Assembly (NCBI GenBank): GCA_964035545.1
Contig: OZ037770.1
Location: forward strand, 15,552,642-15,616,641
Reading direction: 5' to 3'
Source: Bugula neritina
Lineage: Eukaryota > Animalia > Bryozoa
DNA length: 64,000 bases
Made by a program: the position numbers and the translations under genes. The notes beneath the pieces were generated by a model. That model was not told the origin of the DNA. It worked only from the letters and a program-made list of their open reading frames with translations, and ran no database searches. Positions 13,701-26,832 of this stretch are shown piece by piece (position 1 is the first letter of the stretch; the number at the start of each line of letters is the position of its first letter).

Positions 13701-16005
13701 CAGCGACAGGGAGAGTTTCACGGTAGTTGTCTTCACATTGCTCTCTGTAGTTGGTGTTTATTGTGTGTCGGGATAACTCGGCACGTGATCTCTCTGGTTC
13801 TCTCTCTCTACAGGATGATGAGAGTCTGAGTGAGAGTTCACAAGAGGTCGTTGACCAGAGCGAAGAGATCATGCAGAATTTCATGTTTGAGAGATACAAC
13901 CGGGACATGAGGTCTCCAGAGAAGTCTTTCACTTTACCGAGATCTCCCGGCGTGATTGAGAATTTCTCTCCGTCTCCTACAACGTGCGTCACAGAGCTTA
14001 CTTAGTATACTATATACTCTTTAGTCTACTATATACTCTCTAGTATACTATCTACTCTCTAGTCTACTATATACTCTGTAGTATACTATCTACTCTCTAG
14101 TATACTATATACTCTCTAGTATACTATCTACTCTCTAGTCTACTATATACTCTGTAGTATACTATATACTCTGTAGTATACTATATACTCTCTAGTATAT
14201 TATATACTCTGTAGTCTACTATATACTCTCTAGTATACTATATACTCTGTAGTATACTATATACTCTGTAGTATACTATATACTCTGTAGTATACTATAT
14301 ACTCTGTAATATATTATATACTCTCTAGTATACTATATACTCTCTAGTCTACTATATACTCTGTAGTATACTATATACTCTGTAGTATACTATATACTCT
14401 CTAGTATTCTATATACTCTCTAGTATACTATATACTCTCTAGTATACTATATACTCTCTAGTATATTATATACTCTCTAGTATACTATATACTCTCTAGT
14501 ATATTATATACTCTGTAGTATACTATATACTCTGTAATATATTATATACTCTCTAGTATACTATATACTCTGCAGTATATTACATACCCTGTACCATATA
14601 ATATACTCTGTACTTTATTATACACTATAGTATATAACATATTACACACAACTTGTAGTAACATCTCAGCCATAGGCAGAAGGTTGGCCACCATCGGAGA
14701 CGAAATAGACGCCAGATATTCCCGGGAGTTTGCTCAGATGACAAGATCTCTCAACATAACCCAGGGGGCCATGGAGGAGGCGTATGATGCTTTCAGGGGC
14801 GTAGCCATGAGGTTAGTTGTCGAGGGGGGAATCATTACATTGCTACCCTACACCACTGTATTAGTTATTACTAGTTATATACTATTTATATATGCTATTC
14901 ATATAATATTCTTATACTAGTATATGCTGCCCCATGTAGGCTGTTTCAACAAGGGGTCATGTCTATGGGGAAGATAGTGGCTCTCTTACAGTTTGGTTAT
15001 CGTCTGGCAATGGACGTGCTGAGTAAAGGAATCGGCGATTTCATGTCTGACATCATCAAGTGGCTAATCAGGTGCCGTCTATACTCTACTATCTATTATA
15101 TAGTTATATATCTATACTCTACTATCTATTATATAGTTATATGTCTATACTCTACTCTCTATAATATAGTTATATGTCTATACTCTACTATCTATAGTAT
15201 AGTTATATATCTATACTCTACTATCTATTATATAGTTATATGCCTATACTCTACTCTCTATAATATAGTTATATGTCTATACTCTACTATATGTCATATA
15301 GTTATATGTCTATACTCTACTCTCTATAATATAGTTATATGTCTATACTCTACTATCTGTCATATAGTTACATGTCTATACTCTACTATATGTCATATAG
15401 TTATATGTCTATACTCTACTATCTATTATATAGTTATATGTCTCTACTCTACTATCTATTATATAGTTATATGTCTATACTCTACTATCTATTATATAGT
15501 TATATATCTATACTCTACTATCTATAATATAGTTATATATCTATACTCTACTATCTATTATATAGTTACATGTCTATACTCTACTATCTATTATATAGTT
15601 ATATGTCTATACTTTACTATCTATAATATAGTTATATGTCTATACTCTACTATCTATTATATAGTTACATGTCTATACTCTACTATCTATTATATAGTTA
15701 CATGTCTATACTCTACTATCTATAATATAGTTATATGTCTATACTCTACTATCTATTATATAGTTATATGTCTATACTCTGCTTGTTTCAGATTCATAGC
15801 CGTAGAGAAGATCAAGAATGTTGCCAGTCACACCTACCAGTCTATCGCCGAGTGGATAGCGAGTCGCGGCGGGTGGCAGGCAGCTGCCGAGACGCTCACA
15901 GACATCGGCAGCACGCTGACGGACTCCTCTGTCTACATGGTAGCAGCTTTCGGAGTCGTCTGTGTGTCATTGATCGGCATAGCCTACTATTTTAGACACA
16001 GATAA
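10788..16005 (+). CDS. BAK1: BAK-like pro-apoptotic Bcl-2 family protein with long N-terminal extension (~527 aa, 11 coding exons)
   Basis: Phase-compatible GT-AG exons 10788-10842, 11057-11179, 11646-11717, 12172-12504, 12589-12684, 12976-13128, 13511-13593, 13814-13983, 14659-14811, 14940-15071, 15792-16005. alpha1 EVVDQSEEIMQNFMFERY, BH3 IGRRLATIGDEIDARY, BH1 LFQQGVMSMGKIVALLQFGYRLA, BH2 IAEWIASRGGW, C-terminal TM VYMVAAFGVVCVSLIGIAYYFRHR. Collinear with vertebrate BAK (GRQLAIIGDDINRRY / INWGRVVALLGFGYRLA / IARWIAQRGGW). The upstream exons are less certain than the core. Confidence 0.9.
12735..12970. repeat. Intronic ~29-bp minisatellite AATGTATACTATATATAACTCAGGT(G/A)TAG
   Basis: Direct inspection. 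Confidence 0.95.
13111..13500 (+). repeat. 30-bp x13 tandem repeat ACTATTCCATACACTCTGGTAGGTCACATG spanning a BAK exon-intron junction
   Basis: 13 exact-length units, each with CTG|GT(A/G), open in the BAK frame (DYSIHSGRSH). Confidence 0.97.
14003..14580. repeat. Intronic 19-bp minisatellite TAGTATACTATATACTCT(C/G)
   Basis: Direct inspection. Confidence 0.95.
15078..15780. repeat. Intronic 33-bp minisatellite filling the last BAK intron
   Basis: CTATACTCTACTATCTATTATATAGTTATATGT units; gives the LYSTIYYIVIC repeat in ORF 14959-16005. Confidence 0.97.
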
Positions 16006-17265
16006 CAGGTGCAGTGGGGGCGGTTGCTCACCTCCCCCCCCCCTCATCTGCCTGATACTGGAGAAGTTCAACTTCTGGTGCTCGTAGTTGGAATTGTTAG
16101 ATAATTATTTAGTTTGTGTTTCTTGTGAGTTGTTTTGACGGAGGTTGTGCAAGATGGGCTCCCACGGCTCAAATCCTCGAATAACCTGTGACTCTTTTTA
16201 CTTAATGTTTTATATAGCGAGTCACGTTATCACTACTTCTATTTTGTTTCTTTCTCAAGCCACTTGACTGTCTGCCCGCCAGTTTCGGTAGACTACATCA
16301 TATCATGAGTTTTTAGGTTACTGTCTAGAATTATTTTACGCATTTAGAGTTGATGAATCATACAAATTCCCTGCCAATATATATAAAACTAAGTTATATA
16401 CTATTCTCTCTGTCCACTATAACAGTACTTAATTCACTTTATTTATATCCAAATAAATTTTAAAATATATTCAGCGAATCTTAAAAATGTCACGTTATTT
16501 CATTGTTGCTATACAGTATCTATGCGACATGGATCATACTGTAACAACATATCACTAGTTGTGCTATCAATTATTACTGTTATACCTTCCCGGTGCGGTG
16601 GTTGGTTAAACGCAGAGGATGTGGAAGACCAAGTAGCAAACTGCAACAGGAAGTGGTTTCCTAACTTCACATTACACTTCCTTCCTCTTATAGTTACTCC
16701 CCAAAGTCGCACTTGGAGTTAATATAATCACCTAGCGTCATAGTCTACCACTTCAACTAATCGTATTTATACTGGTTTGATCCTTTATTGATAATAAACT
16801 ATATTGATAGATAAAATAAAACTGTAAATGAAATAACCAATACATGTAGAAACAAATGGTTTTAGCATAATTCTTGGTGAATTATATATTCTCAGAAATC
16901 ACAAGCAACCATCATAGCCGAGGACTTTAAGAGCAAATCAATAAAATCAATACACAATAATTTCCCAGAGTAATAGACATAAGAGAGGGTAAATAATCTG
17001 TAAAATTAGCTATTAAGTATAAAAATTGGAACGGATTTAATATAAATATTTTCCAGAGGCTTTGAATGTAAATAGAACTTGTATATGACAGCACCACTGG
17101 TTGATTGGAGTAACAGGTGGTAGAAGTAAATGGAGTTCCACTAATAGTAATAAAGCTAACGAAGTAAAAATGACTGTACTAGGAAAATGATAAATTATTT
17201 CTTTGCCACATCATCTGAGCAATTCTAAATTAAATTGAAAAGTTTTGCTATGAATATGAGGGAAA

Positions 17266-19144
17266 TCAATGCTTGAGCCACCACAACGCTCCGATCATGA
17301 GGAGGTTACCACTAACTATGACAGCCGCGTCTCTCCAGGTCACCGAGGGCACGATATACTGTCTGACAGCAGTTAGCAAGCTGTACATCCCTCCTGCCTT
17401 GATGATCCAATCGGCAATTGTCAGCCTCTCCCCTGTCTGTTGATCAGTAACTATCCGCAGGTTATGAATATTCCTAAAATAAACAACAGCATTGGAGATT
17501 TTCCAGAACTAAAGATAGATTTCTTTGTTTATTCCACCTGCTGGTACATGGTATGGACTAGCGTGAAAGTAGATTCATTATTGAGATTGGAGATAATAAT
17601 TTAATAGAGAAACTGGAAAATAATTCACTCATGAATACATGGGAATTTCCAAACAGTCTGACTGGATAATGTGCGGGGAATTCCCAAATATTGTGACTAT
17701 AAAATATAAATAAATTATAGGATATTCGAAGTTTGTAGTGTGAAACTCAAAAACTGACTTTAAAGCAATGCACACAACAGCTGGTAAAAGTCAATTGCTT
17801 TCCTCCAAAACCTGTGCAGAGATTTTAGGTCCAAGTTTAATTATCAACCGTTCAAAATATTATTAGATAGAAAGTGAATTGACTGTAGAAATAATCTGGG
17901 CTGACCATAATCATGTCGATTATCCCACACCATGAGATGTTATTTAATAAACAACGGATGTGTTAATAGCAATGCAACCTCATAACTACATTACTACTCA
18001 TCAAATGACAGGGATTGTTATAAATTGTAGCATATAACAGAATTGATAAATCATACCAGACTACGATCCTGACGAGGGCGATTATATTCGGTCCCAAGTG
18101 TCTATTTATAAGTTGCAGAGTCATTTCGTAGACAGTTTGTAGAAACATGGAGATCTTAGATATGGAGCAGCCAGATTGGAACACACTGAAAATATATGAG
18201 TAAGTAGACATTCCACGTGCAAATGGCCATCTTTCTGCGAACCAACCACGGGAGGTAAAACTATTCTTCTGGGGATGAGCACTGTGATTGGACATCATGA
18301 GGTAGCGAATTCATGAAATATTGACCACATTATAATGGTGATTAGTCATACAGAAATGTGAAACATATCTACAATGAGTTCTACACCTACCCCCTAGCCA
18401 TTCCTGAAACCATGTCTTTAAAATCATGCATTGTGGTGTTTTCATTGACATTGAACCCGTGTTTCACCATGCGCTGTATACGATTTCCGTACAGGTCATC
18501 AAATTCCGCAGCATAATCAGCAATTTGCTGTCCATAAACAACATATGTCCTACAAGAGAAGGTTTGTATTTATGTGAGAATGACTACAAGAGGAGGGTAA
18601 ATATCCACCCACATGAGTATGACTATAACAGGAGGGCAAGCATCTAATACTCTTACCAATTACCAAAAATATACAAACGAAAAGCCCTCTACTAAGTGAA
18701 ACTTAAAAAGATATTTTGATTTTTGCTTTCTTTATAAAGAAGATCTCTTTGAGTTTTCTATCATTTAATGTGACTAGAACAATAAACAGCAGCAGTTACA
18801 GCACTCCTTCAGACCTCAGCATATATATCAGTACTTCCAGTAGAGAATGCAATTTAGCAATACCTTCTGTTGCTAGGAGTTTCTGGTCTCTCAGGGTGAA
18901 TGACAGGGGTGGGTTCAGAGAGGGGGATAGGGGGCAGAATAGCATCTAGTTCAACCGGCAGAGGGCCGACCTCCCAGCCATCATCGTTGACTTCCCTCCT
19001 CAACATGCGGTTACGATGAGTCTGCAACAGGAAACCAGCGACATACTGCTGGGTCTCCTCATGCTGCCCACTCCCATCCATCATTCTCCCATCCACCACT
19101 TCCCAGTTAGGAGAGCTCAGTCTGCTAACTTCAGTGGACTCCAT
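17266..19144 (-). CDS. Divergent BAK-derived Bcl-2 family protein (~258 aa, 4 coding exons)
   Basis: Exons 19144-18864, 18549-18391, 18185-18057, 17473-17266 are joined by three phase-2 GT-AG introns into one open frame. BH3-like YGQQIADYAAEFDDLYGNRIQRMV, BH1-like VFQSGCSISKISMFLQTVYEMTL, BH2-like IADWIIKAGGM, C-terminal TM AAVIVSGNLLMIGALWWLKH*. Intron positions and phases equal those of the neighbouring BAK gene (exon sizes 159/129/208 vs 153/132/214 nt). Confidence 0.85.
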
Positions 19145-21459
19145 TTTGATTCAAAGTTGAACACTCAAACTAAAATATACAACAGATAGTATGAGTAGAC
19201 AAGCATGATAAATAAACTTGAAAGAGGCAGAGCCAAATTGAAAGCCAACTAAACATTTGAGTTACATAACTGAACTGACTACTTCAACTTTCAATAAAAA
19301 TTTTATCTTGAGATAAAGTATAGAATTGATTGAACATAAATTCAGATCGAGTGCCACTTTGGAAAGTATACGTAAGATTAGTGAGGAACAATTAGTCTAA
19401 CAAGTAGTCAAAATGAAACTAGGTACAAAAATATGACCTAAACCTTATACTTTGACTTTAGGTTCACAGTCATGATTTCGACCCTAGCGACTTTATTATT
19501 TTCTTAGTTGAGTCATATAGTTCTCTTCAGTCAATACTAGTGACAGTACGTATCACTAGTACACTATACTATGAGTATGACTATCCCTAATAGCAATTCA
19601 GAAATACTATTTGATTAAAGTTAGCTCTAAGTTTAAGCCACAAACTCCAAACCTCGGGGTGAACATCGAGACTATTATAAATATGATGATCATAGCATAG
19701 TATAAGTATTAATCATGATTACACCAAAAATTGTAAACTATGAGTATAATCGTAATGGTAATTTATAAACCTAAAGAGCAAAATCAGAGGGTGTAAGTTA
19801 TACTTATACTTTCAATTCAACTTAATCATTAATGTTTTTCACTCAATTAAATTTACATATTAAACTTGGTGCTACACTAAACTTAAGACTTACCTATGCT
19901 TTAGCCTGGTCTAGAACTTGGCTATAACCTTCGCTTTTCAGACTTGATATAGTAGCTTCGACTTGCTTGCACTTACAGCTACTTAATTTAATGTTAACTC
20001 ATCATGATCAATTTCAAAAGTTTCACTTTAATTCAATTTGATTTTGAGCCACACAAAAAAATTAAAAATGAAACTCAAACTGCAATATAGTTTTAACCAA
20101 GGCTATTCTACGTGTTACCCTATGATACTAATAGCTCAAAATCAATCACCAGAAACTATTACAATAGGAGTATAAAAACAATATTAAATATCTGTGGTTA
20201 TAAGCTTCTGGTTTAGTTGCAGCCAATAAAAATAAAAATAAAACAGAAACCAGTAGCGCTACTACTTAATTCCTCCAAACCAAAGTTCTCAAATTAACTT
20301 TTTTCTCTAACTTTCATAAAACAATTGGGACTGTTGGTGACGGTAACGCATGTGCTTATAGCTAAGATATTAGGCTAAGTCTCGCTGTTTCCGACTAAAG
20401 CGAATTGCAATTGGAATTTCCCTACGTTTTTCGTATACGGATTTCCCAGCACGTCGGTCGTTTTAGAATTTAGATGTACGGCAAATGCAACAGATTATTC
20501 TGTTTAATTAACATTACGAATACCTTGTAGAATGTAGACCCTCATTATTCATGACAAATAAATTTAAAGATCTGGCTATTGAAAAACATGATACATATAT
20601 TTCTGTAATTATCAATTTTCTATAGAGGTTTGATTTATGGTGGCACTGTCAACAGTATTTTGAAAGCATAAACACAACAAACCATTGTGTAAAATTTTAT
20701 TAATCATTTGCATCAACATGATTAAATGTCATATCTGTGAATATATTTTGCCTGAGATTTCTGTCAATTTCTGTAAATTATATTTTATGATAAGCTTTGG
20801 TATTTGTTAGACATAATATATGAAACTAAGACAATATTGTTGTTTCAGACAGGTTTCCGAGGGTATATGAATATATTAAAACTGTTCTAGCTTACTTCCT
20901 ATAGATTACAGTATAATTAGTATATGCTATGTGCAGTTGACCACAATTAATCATGTCCCCAATACCAGACACCTACTAGGCACGTGTGCACACCAGCAAA
21001 CCGTGCTGCAATGTGGTCATTTCAGCTCTCGTTACAAATAGCGTGATACTAGTATCAGCTCTACACAGAAACGTCTCAGTGAAATAGTGAAGCTATAAAT
21101 AGAAAGCTGAGTGAAAGAGAATCAGGACCTATTAGGAGCGTGATGCATGAGGTCATGGGTTCAAATCCTAGTCAGAGGTCTGTAGTCATCCTTCCATTTT
21201 GAATGAGTTGCCAGTATGGCCAGAGCGACAACCCTTTAGAGCTTACCAACTATTAATATCAGGACTCCCACAAGGACTGATAAATCCCGTGTATTACTGA
21301 CATATGAAGAAGCTGTTAAATTTACTACAATACAGTATGTTTCTTTACACCACATAATACATAAAATATGTTTGTTTAGAGCTCCGCATTTTATTTACTG
21401 GCTCAGTTTTGAATTATATGTATAATCTGTTTTCTTTTCAAGACAAACACACACACACA

Positions 21460-21495
<36 letters not shown>

Positions 21496-21956
21496 CACAC
21501 GCACGCACGCACACACACACACACACACAACACACCAGCCTATTCTTATATGATATACTATAGTATGCAGTATGGCATTAACTAAAATGTCAAAATATAC
21601 ATAATATAGTAAAATGTTATAAATGGTAGTGAAAAAATGCGTGGTCTTTGGACACAAAAACTTCTAATTAAATTTATGAAATGAATATAACAAGATCTTA
21701 TATTTTATTTTGCATAATATACTTATGTAAAAAATACACTATATTATATTATATTTGTGTTGATGAACATATAAGAATTTTTATTATAAATGATTACCAA
21801 ATAAAATATATTTTCTGTGGAATTTGGATATCATAACGCTACATGTAGAGCAGCCGATATAATGTTGATTAATATTCATTCACAGAGATATAAAGTTCAG
21901 GATTCATATAGTGCAATAACTTCTACTAAGTTTGGCTGTAGAGATCATGCAGCACT

Positions 21957-23834
21957 CTAAGCAAACCCGGGATGTGACTGAGCAGCCGAAGCAGGCTGTG
22001 ACCCTTTCGTCCATTTGCAGTTCGGGTCACCAAGCTCCTGCCCATTGGTCAATCCGTCGCCATCTGAGTCCTTCGCACACAGATGCTTCTTCCAGAAGTT
22101 GTCCTCAATGTTGTGCTGCAAATGATAGTCACAACATTTACTGGTCACATGATCACTATACACTGGTCACATGATCACTCTACACTATAGTCACATGATC
22201 ACTATACACTATAGTCACATGATCACTATATTATACTAACTATATGTCACATCATAACGATTGTAGTTTGCTAATCAGTATTGTATAAGTCTAAGATAAA
22301 TGTAGATGACTTGCAATATTTGACTGCTACAGCTACTAATAATATCTCTGTGAGTTTACATCTTTCAAGGTCATGGCACAACTGATAACATCTCCCACCT
22401 GGGAGAGGTTTCAGATGTTTAACAACACCTGTTTGTTCACAATATGACTAGGTACAGAGCTGTAGTCTCTTATCTGATGGTATCTTATGATAGTTATACA
22501 ATATGCTGTTGACTGATTCCAGCTAAGAGCTCAACTAGTAGTAATATAAAAGTAATATAATATTTTAATATAGAGCATATGACGTTTATATAAATTGAGT
22601 TGTTTTGTGCTGCAGCTGAAGAAAGTTACAAGAAAGTCCATTATGTATGTATATGTGCCATAAATAAGCAGCACATAATATTCTTCTAAATATATAGCTA
22701 AATATATAGCTAAATATATAGCTATATATGTTTAGCTAAATATATAGCTATAGATATATAGCTAGATATAATATAGTTTAAGTAGCATACTGTATACTCT
22801 GTAAGTTCAAGTAGGGCAGATGGCGTTCAAGTAGCAAATAAGCCAATTGAGTAGCAGAGAAGATCTTTAAATATAGCAGAAAAAGTAAATTTAAGTAGTA
22901 CATATGGTACTCAACTAGTGGACGAGGTAAAACATTGCTACGCTTAGCGGAGTTAGATTAACTGCTGATACAATAACTTGTGGTGAGTCGTAAGATGTGC
23001 CAGAAGCTGTAAGAAATAAAATAAATAAACACTATATGGTCACACGCAGCAGAAAATATAGCTAATTCACTTTCTAACAGCAAAGTATCATGATTCTACC
23101 ATTTGAGATAAAGCTTCAAAGTCTGCACCAAATAGATTTCTTGGACCACTGCCAGCTTCGTCAACATGACCAACTCCTCTCCAGAACTGACCAGGTTGTG
23201 TCGGGTGGGGCACCTTGTACCCATTAGGAATGTAGTCGACATAGAAAGGGTAGGCCATGGTGATGCCTACAACAAGTTATAGAAACAGTTACAGAGCAAT
23301 GCTTTCACATAACCTGTCCATTATGAACACACATCACACACTATAATATGATAAGCCACTATATGTAACCATTAATATCACAGTTCAAATATTGGAAATA
23401 TATTATTATATGCATAGAATGGAGTTCCGTGTCCAGCTGGTTTGAGAGTTCTGCATGGCGAGAGACACATATAATTGGCCTATAATTTTAAAGATATTTT
23501 AAACTAATATTTTGAAACAGTCACTTTTGATTAAAAAATTCTGTCAAACTTTCACCAGTAAGAAGTTGAAGTACCTGTAAAACCTCAACTCACTAGGTTA
23601 TGCTATAGTACACAGATGGTTTGGTGAGCTAATTAGAAAGATGCTTTCATTAGACTTGTAATTAGTATGTATAAACTGTGATAAGAGTTTGAACCTAGCA
23701 CTGTCTAGTATGGCTATGTAGAGCCACGATCTGTTGATGTAATACATTCTACATGTGTTTGTTAGACGCTGGTCTACATCCTTAAACTCACCTAAGAAAG
23801 CAAGTAGTGTGACTAACTTCAACAAGGACTCCAT
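21957..23834 (-). CDS. Temptin-like small secreted protein (~122 aa, 3 exons)
   Basis: Exons 23834-23792 (signal peptide MESLLKLVTLLAFL), 23266-23100 (AYPFYVDYIPNGYKVPHP..WRGVGHVDEAGSGPRNLFGADF) and 22115-21957 (WKKHLCAKDSDGDGLTNGQELGDPNCKW..SHPG). IPNG, GVGH, RNxFGxDF and CxxDSDGDGxTNGxELGDPxCxW are temptin-domain hallmarks. Confidence 0.88.
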
Positions 23835-26832
23835 CTTGTTTCTTCCGCTGAACACCTTTGAGTGGGAGAAGGTAAACTGGGGGAGAGGAGGAGATTATCT
23901 CCTAGATATACGTGACAGCTGGCCAATCAACAGCTGCTTTGGTTCTAGTCGTATTATTGGTTATACAACAAGAAGTTGGCTCAAGATTTGATTGGTTACG
24001 TCAACACGTGTGGGAGAAATTGGTTGTCTTGGCAAGTGAGATGGCCACTAATTAACATAAATACCATTTGGTACCAGGCAAGCCTGCAGTAGTTCACTTT
24101 GTTATTGTTTCAGGCCATATTACTCCATACAAGTAACTAACTGAGTTATGTTCTCGGAGTACTTAATGGTTGCCATGTTGGAAGCTGGCCTTTATGTCAA
24201 ACACTTACATTGTGATTATACTTACATTGTAATTACACTCACATGGTGATTACACTTACATGGTGATTACACTTACAAAATGACATTCCACTTTCAATAA
24301 GATTTACACTCATACTAATACTTACAATTATAGTAAGGCATAATATAGTTAAACTTGGTTGTTATTGCTATTTGAAGTGCCTATAATATACCTGTGTATG
24401 GCTACAGAGTTGCAATGACATCTGTTAGACGCATCATAACAATGACCTTAGCTAAACAATATGCTATTATTCATTGTAAAAGACAATTAGCCACCGCATA
24501 TCATTAGTTCTACTGATATGATAATTTATCATAAAAATAAGGCAAAGTATAATTATATGCTAATGATTTAATGTCTAAGAAATTAAATTGTTTTTACTAA
24601 ACAGATGAAATATTATGTTTATAATTGCACAATAATTGTATGTGAAGTTTTGAAGCAAACAGGCAGGTGTATGTTGAAAATAATTTATTCATGAGCGGAG
24701 TGAGACTTTATTATTTGCTATTGAAAATCTATCGTCTGCGTGACCTATGAATAGATACATGTAAAAACTAGTGAGTAATAGGCAGCTGTTTAATTCCTCA
24801 TTCCAAAAACACTAATATTGGCACATATTTGCTTAAATTATCTTGTCTAATATAACTTTTTATTATGTGTCAGCTAATTCTTCAACTAAATTACCATGTT
24901 TAATTACTGAATTAATATTCATGTATATTTGATGATCAGGTCTAATGAATGAAGAATGGCAGTTGTATATACATTATATTCGCTGACAGAAAACATATAA
25001 TATAATAAACTGCAGTCACTGCCTTTCACTTTGACACATTATAAACACTCCATGACGCATTAGCTACGTTATATCTTAGGTTTATATGCATTATATACTA
25101 TATAATATAATATGTAGTATACTATGTATATATAACATATCATTATACTGATGGCTACATGACCCTAAAACATGCAAAGTCATTTGCATAAGCATCATAA
25201 ACATGCAGGTATAATTTATTCAATGATATTGAAATTTTGGCGAAATTAACAAATTGTTACTACCCTTAGCAGGTTATACATGTAATTAAATTACCAAATT
25301 CATTTTAATACAACAAATTAGTTAGTTTTGAAAGAGGAATAATTAGCTATAATTGTACAAAATTGCAGCCTGTTTTCCCTAATTGAGTATTAATTGCAAA
25401 TTATTATTTATTTTATCTTCTAAAAAAAGATTATAGTTACCTTGCCTTTTATAATGACTGCATGCTTTATAATCTGTCAATTATCCGTGGGCAAAAATAT
25501 AGAGAAAACATAATATGGAAACTACATTGTCAATGTTGGCTAAGTTAAATCGCAGGGACATAGCAGTGCACATTTATGCAAAATGTTTTAGACTTCTTGT
25601 ATGTCATTGTGTTGCGTCGTAAAATCAATTTTGCATTTATATAAGTTTCAAAATAGAAAAAGAAACTGGCAGTCTAAACATAGCATGTATTATGTAACAA
25701 AAGATGTAATATTATTATAATAAATATTATTATTTTATTGCATGCATTAAATGACGGAGTTATCCTACCTATAAGCAACAAAATATAAGAGAAAAAGCAA
25801 TAAAACGGATACGTGAGATATGTCAAGGACTTTTTGCAATTTGAGGCAAATACTAAAATGCGGGTGGATCAACAGAGTCGCCAGCTCTGTTTTGCGTGAG
25901 ATTAGAACACGAACTAAGTAAACTTGCCGTAAGTCAAATTTTCTCAGCCTGACCAAATTTTGGCAAATATATACCACATCTCGCGTGCATAGTAATACTA
26001 ATAAGTAATAAGTAGTAGGCAAACCCACTAAAGTATGGCTTTAGTTTAATATTCATACTGATACTTCTTAGTATGCTGATTGTATTTTAATCATGGCTTG
26101 CTTTTATGACCCGATTATTTAACTGCAAATTTTTATTTTGCTCTTACTCTTACTCCTACGGCTACTGTGAGTCCTAGTTCTAATCTTAATAACAATCACA
26201 CTGACATTGTAAATGTTTATCACTTTTTATGTCTTGCTTTACCAGTATGAGTATCACTATCACTATGTCTAACTCCTATAGTTACACTTAGACTTAAAGA
26301 GTTACAAATACTAATAATAATACTGATACTAATAGTAATTTCTATTGGTAATTACAATCACAATGATACTAATAGTAATTATTGCGTATTCATAGTTAAC
26401 TATCACTATGAGTATCAGTACCTATGTACTTATCACTTATGTCTTATGACTTATCAGTTATAACTAAAATACTTATACTTATAGTTAAACTTAATGTTAT
26501 AGTAAATATAACAAAATTAAAATAAGATAAAATCCAAAAGCAATATTCATATTACTATTAGAATTACTAATACGAATAGTATTAAAGTAATAGTTATCGT
26601 GTATGCACTGACACTAACAAATGCCTAAGTGTCCTTTTAGCATATTTCTTTGAGGGTGACAGGTTTGTGCCTGTTTTGTCATTGGTGAATCAAATGAGTT
26701 CTTGTTATAGACTAGTTTTTCTATCTGTCAACATGTATGTCAATCTACTTTAAGAATGTTAGTGAATTTGATTGCTTGTAGTTGTAGACTGGTTATTGTT
26801 GTGACAGAAGCAAATCAACGCAAATAAACAAA

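Noticed and set aside
21040-21310. Possible tRNA or tRNA-derived SINE (B-box-like GGTTCAAATCC near 21158)
   Set aside because: No cloverleaf, no properly spaced A-box, no clear TSD or second copy in the window; cannot be supported without a repeat search.
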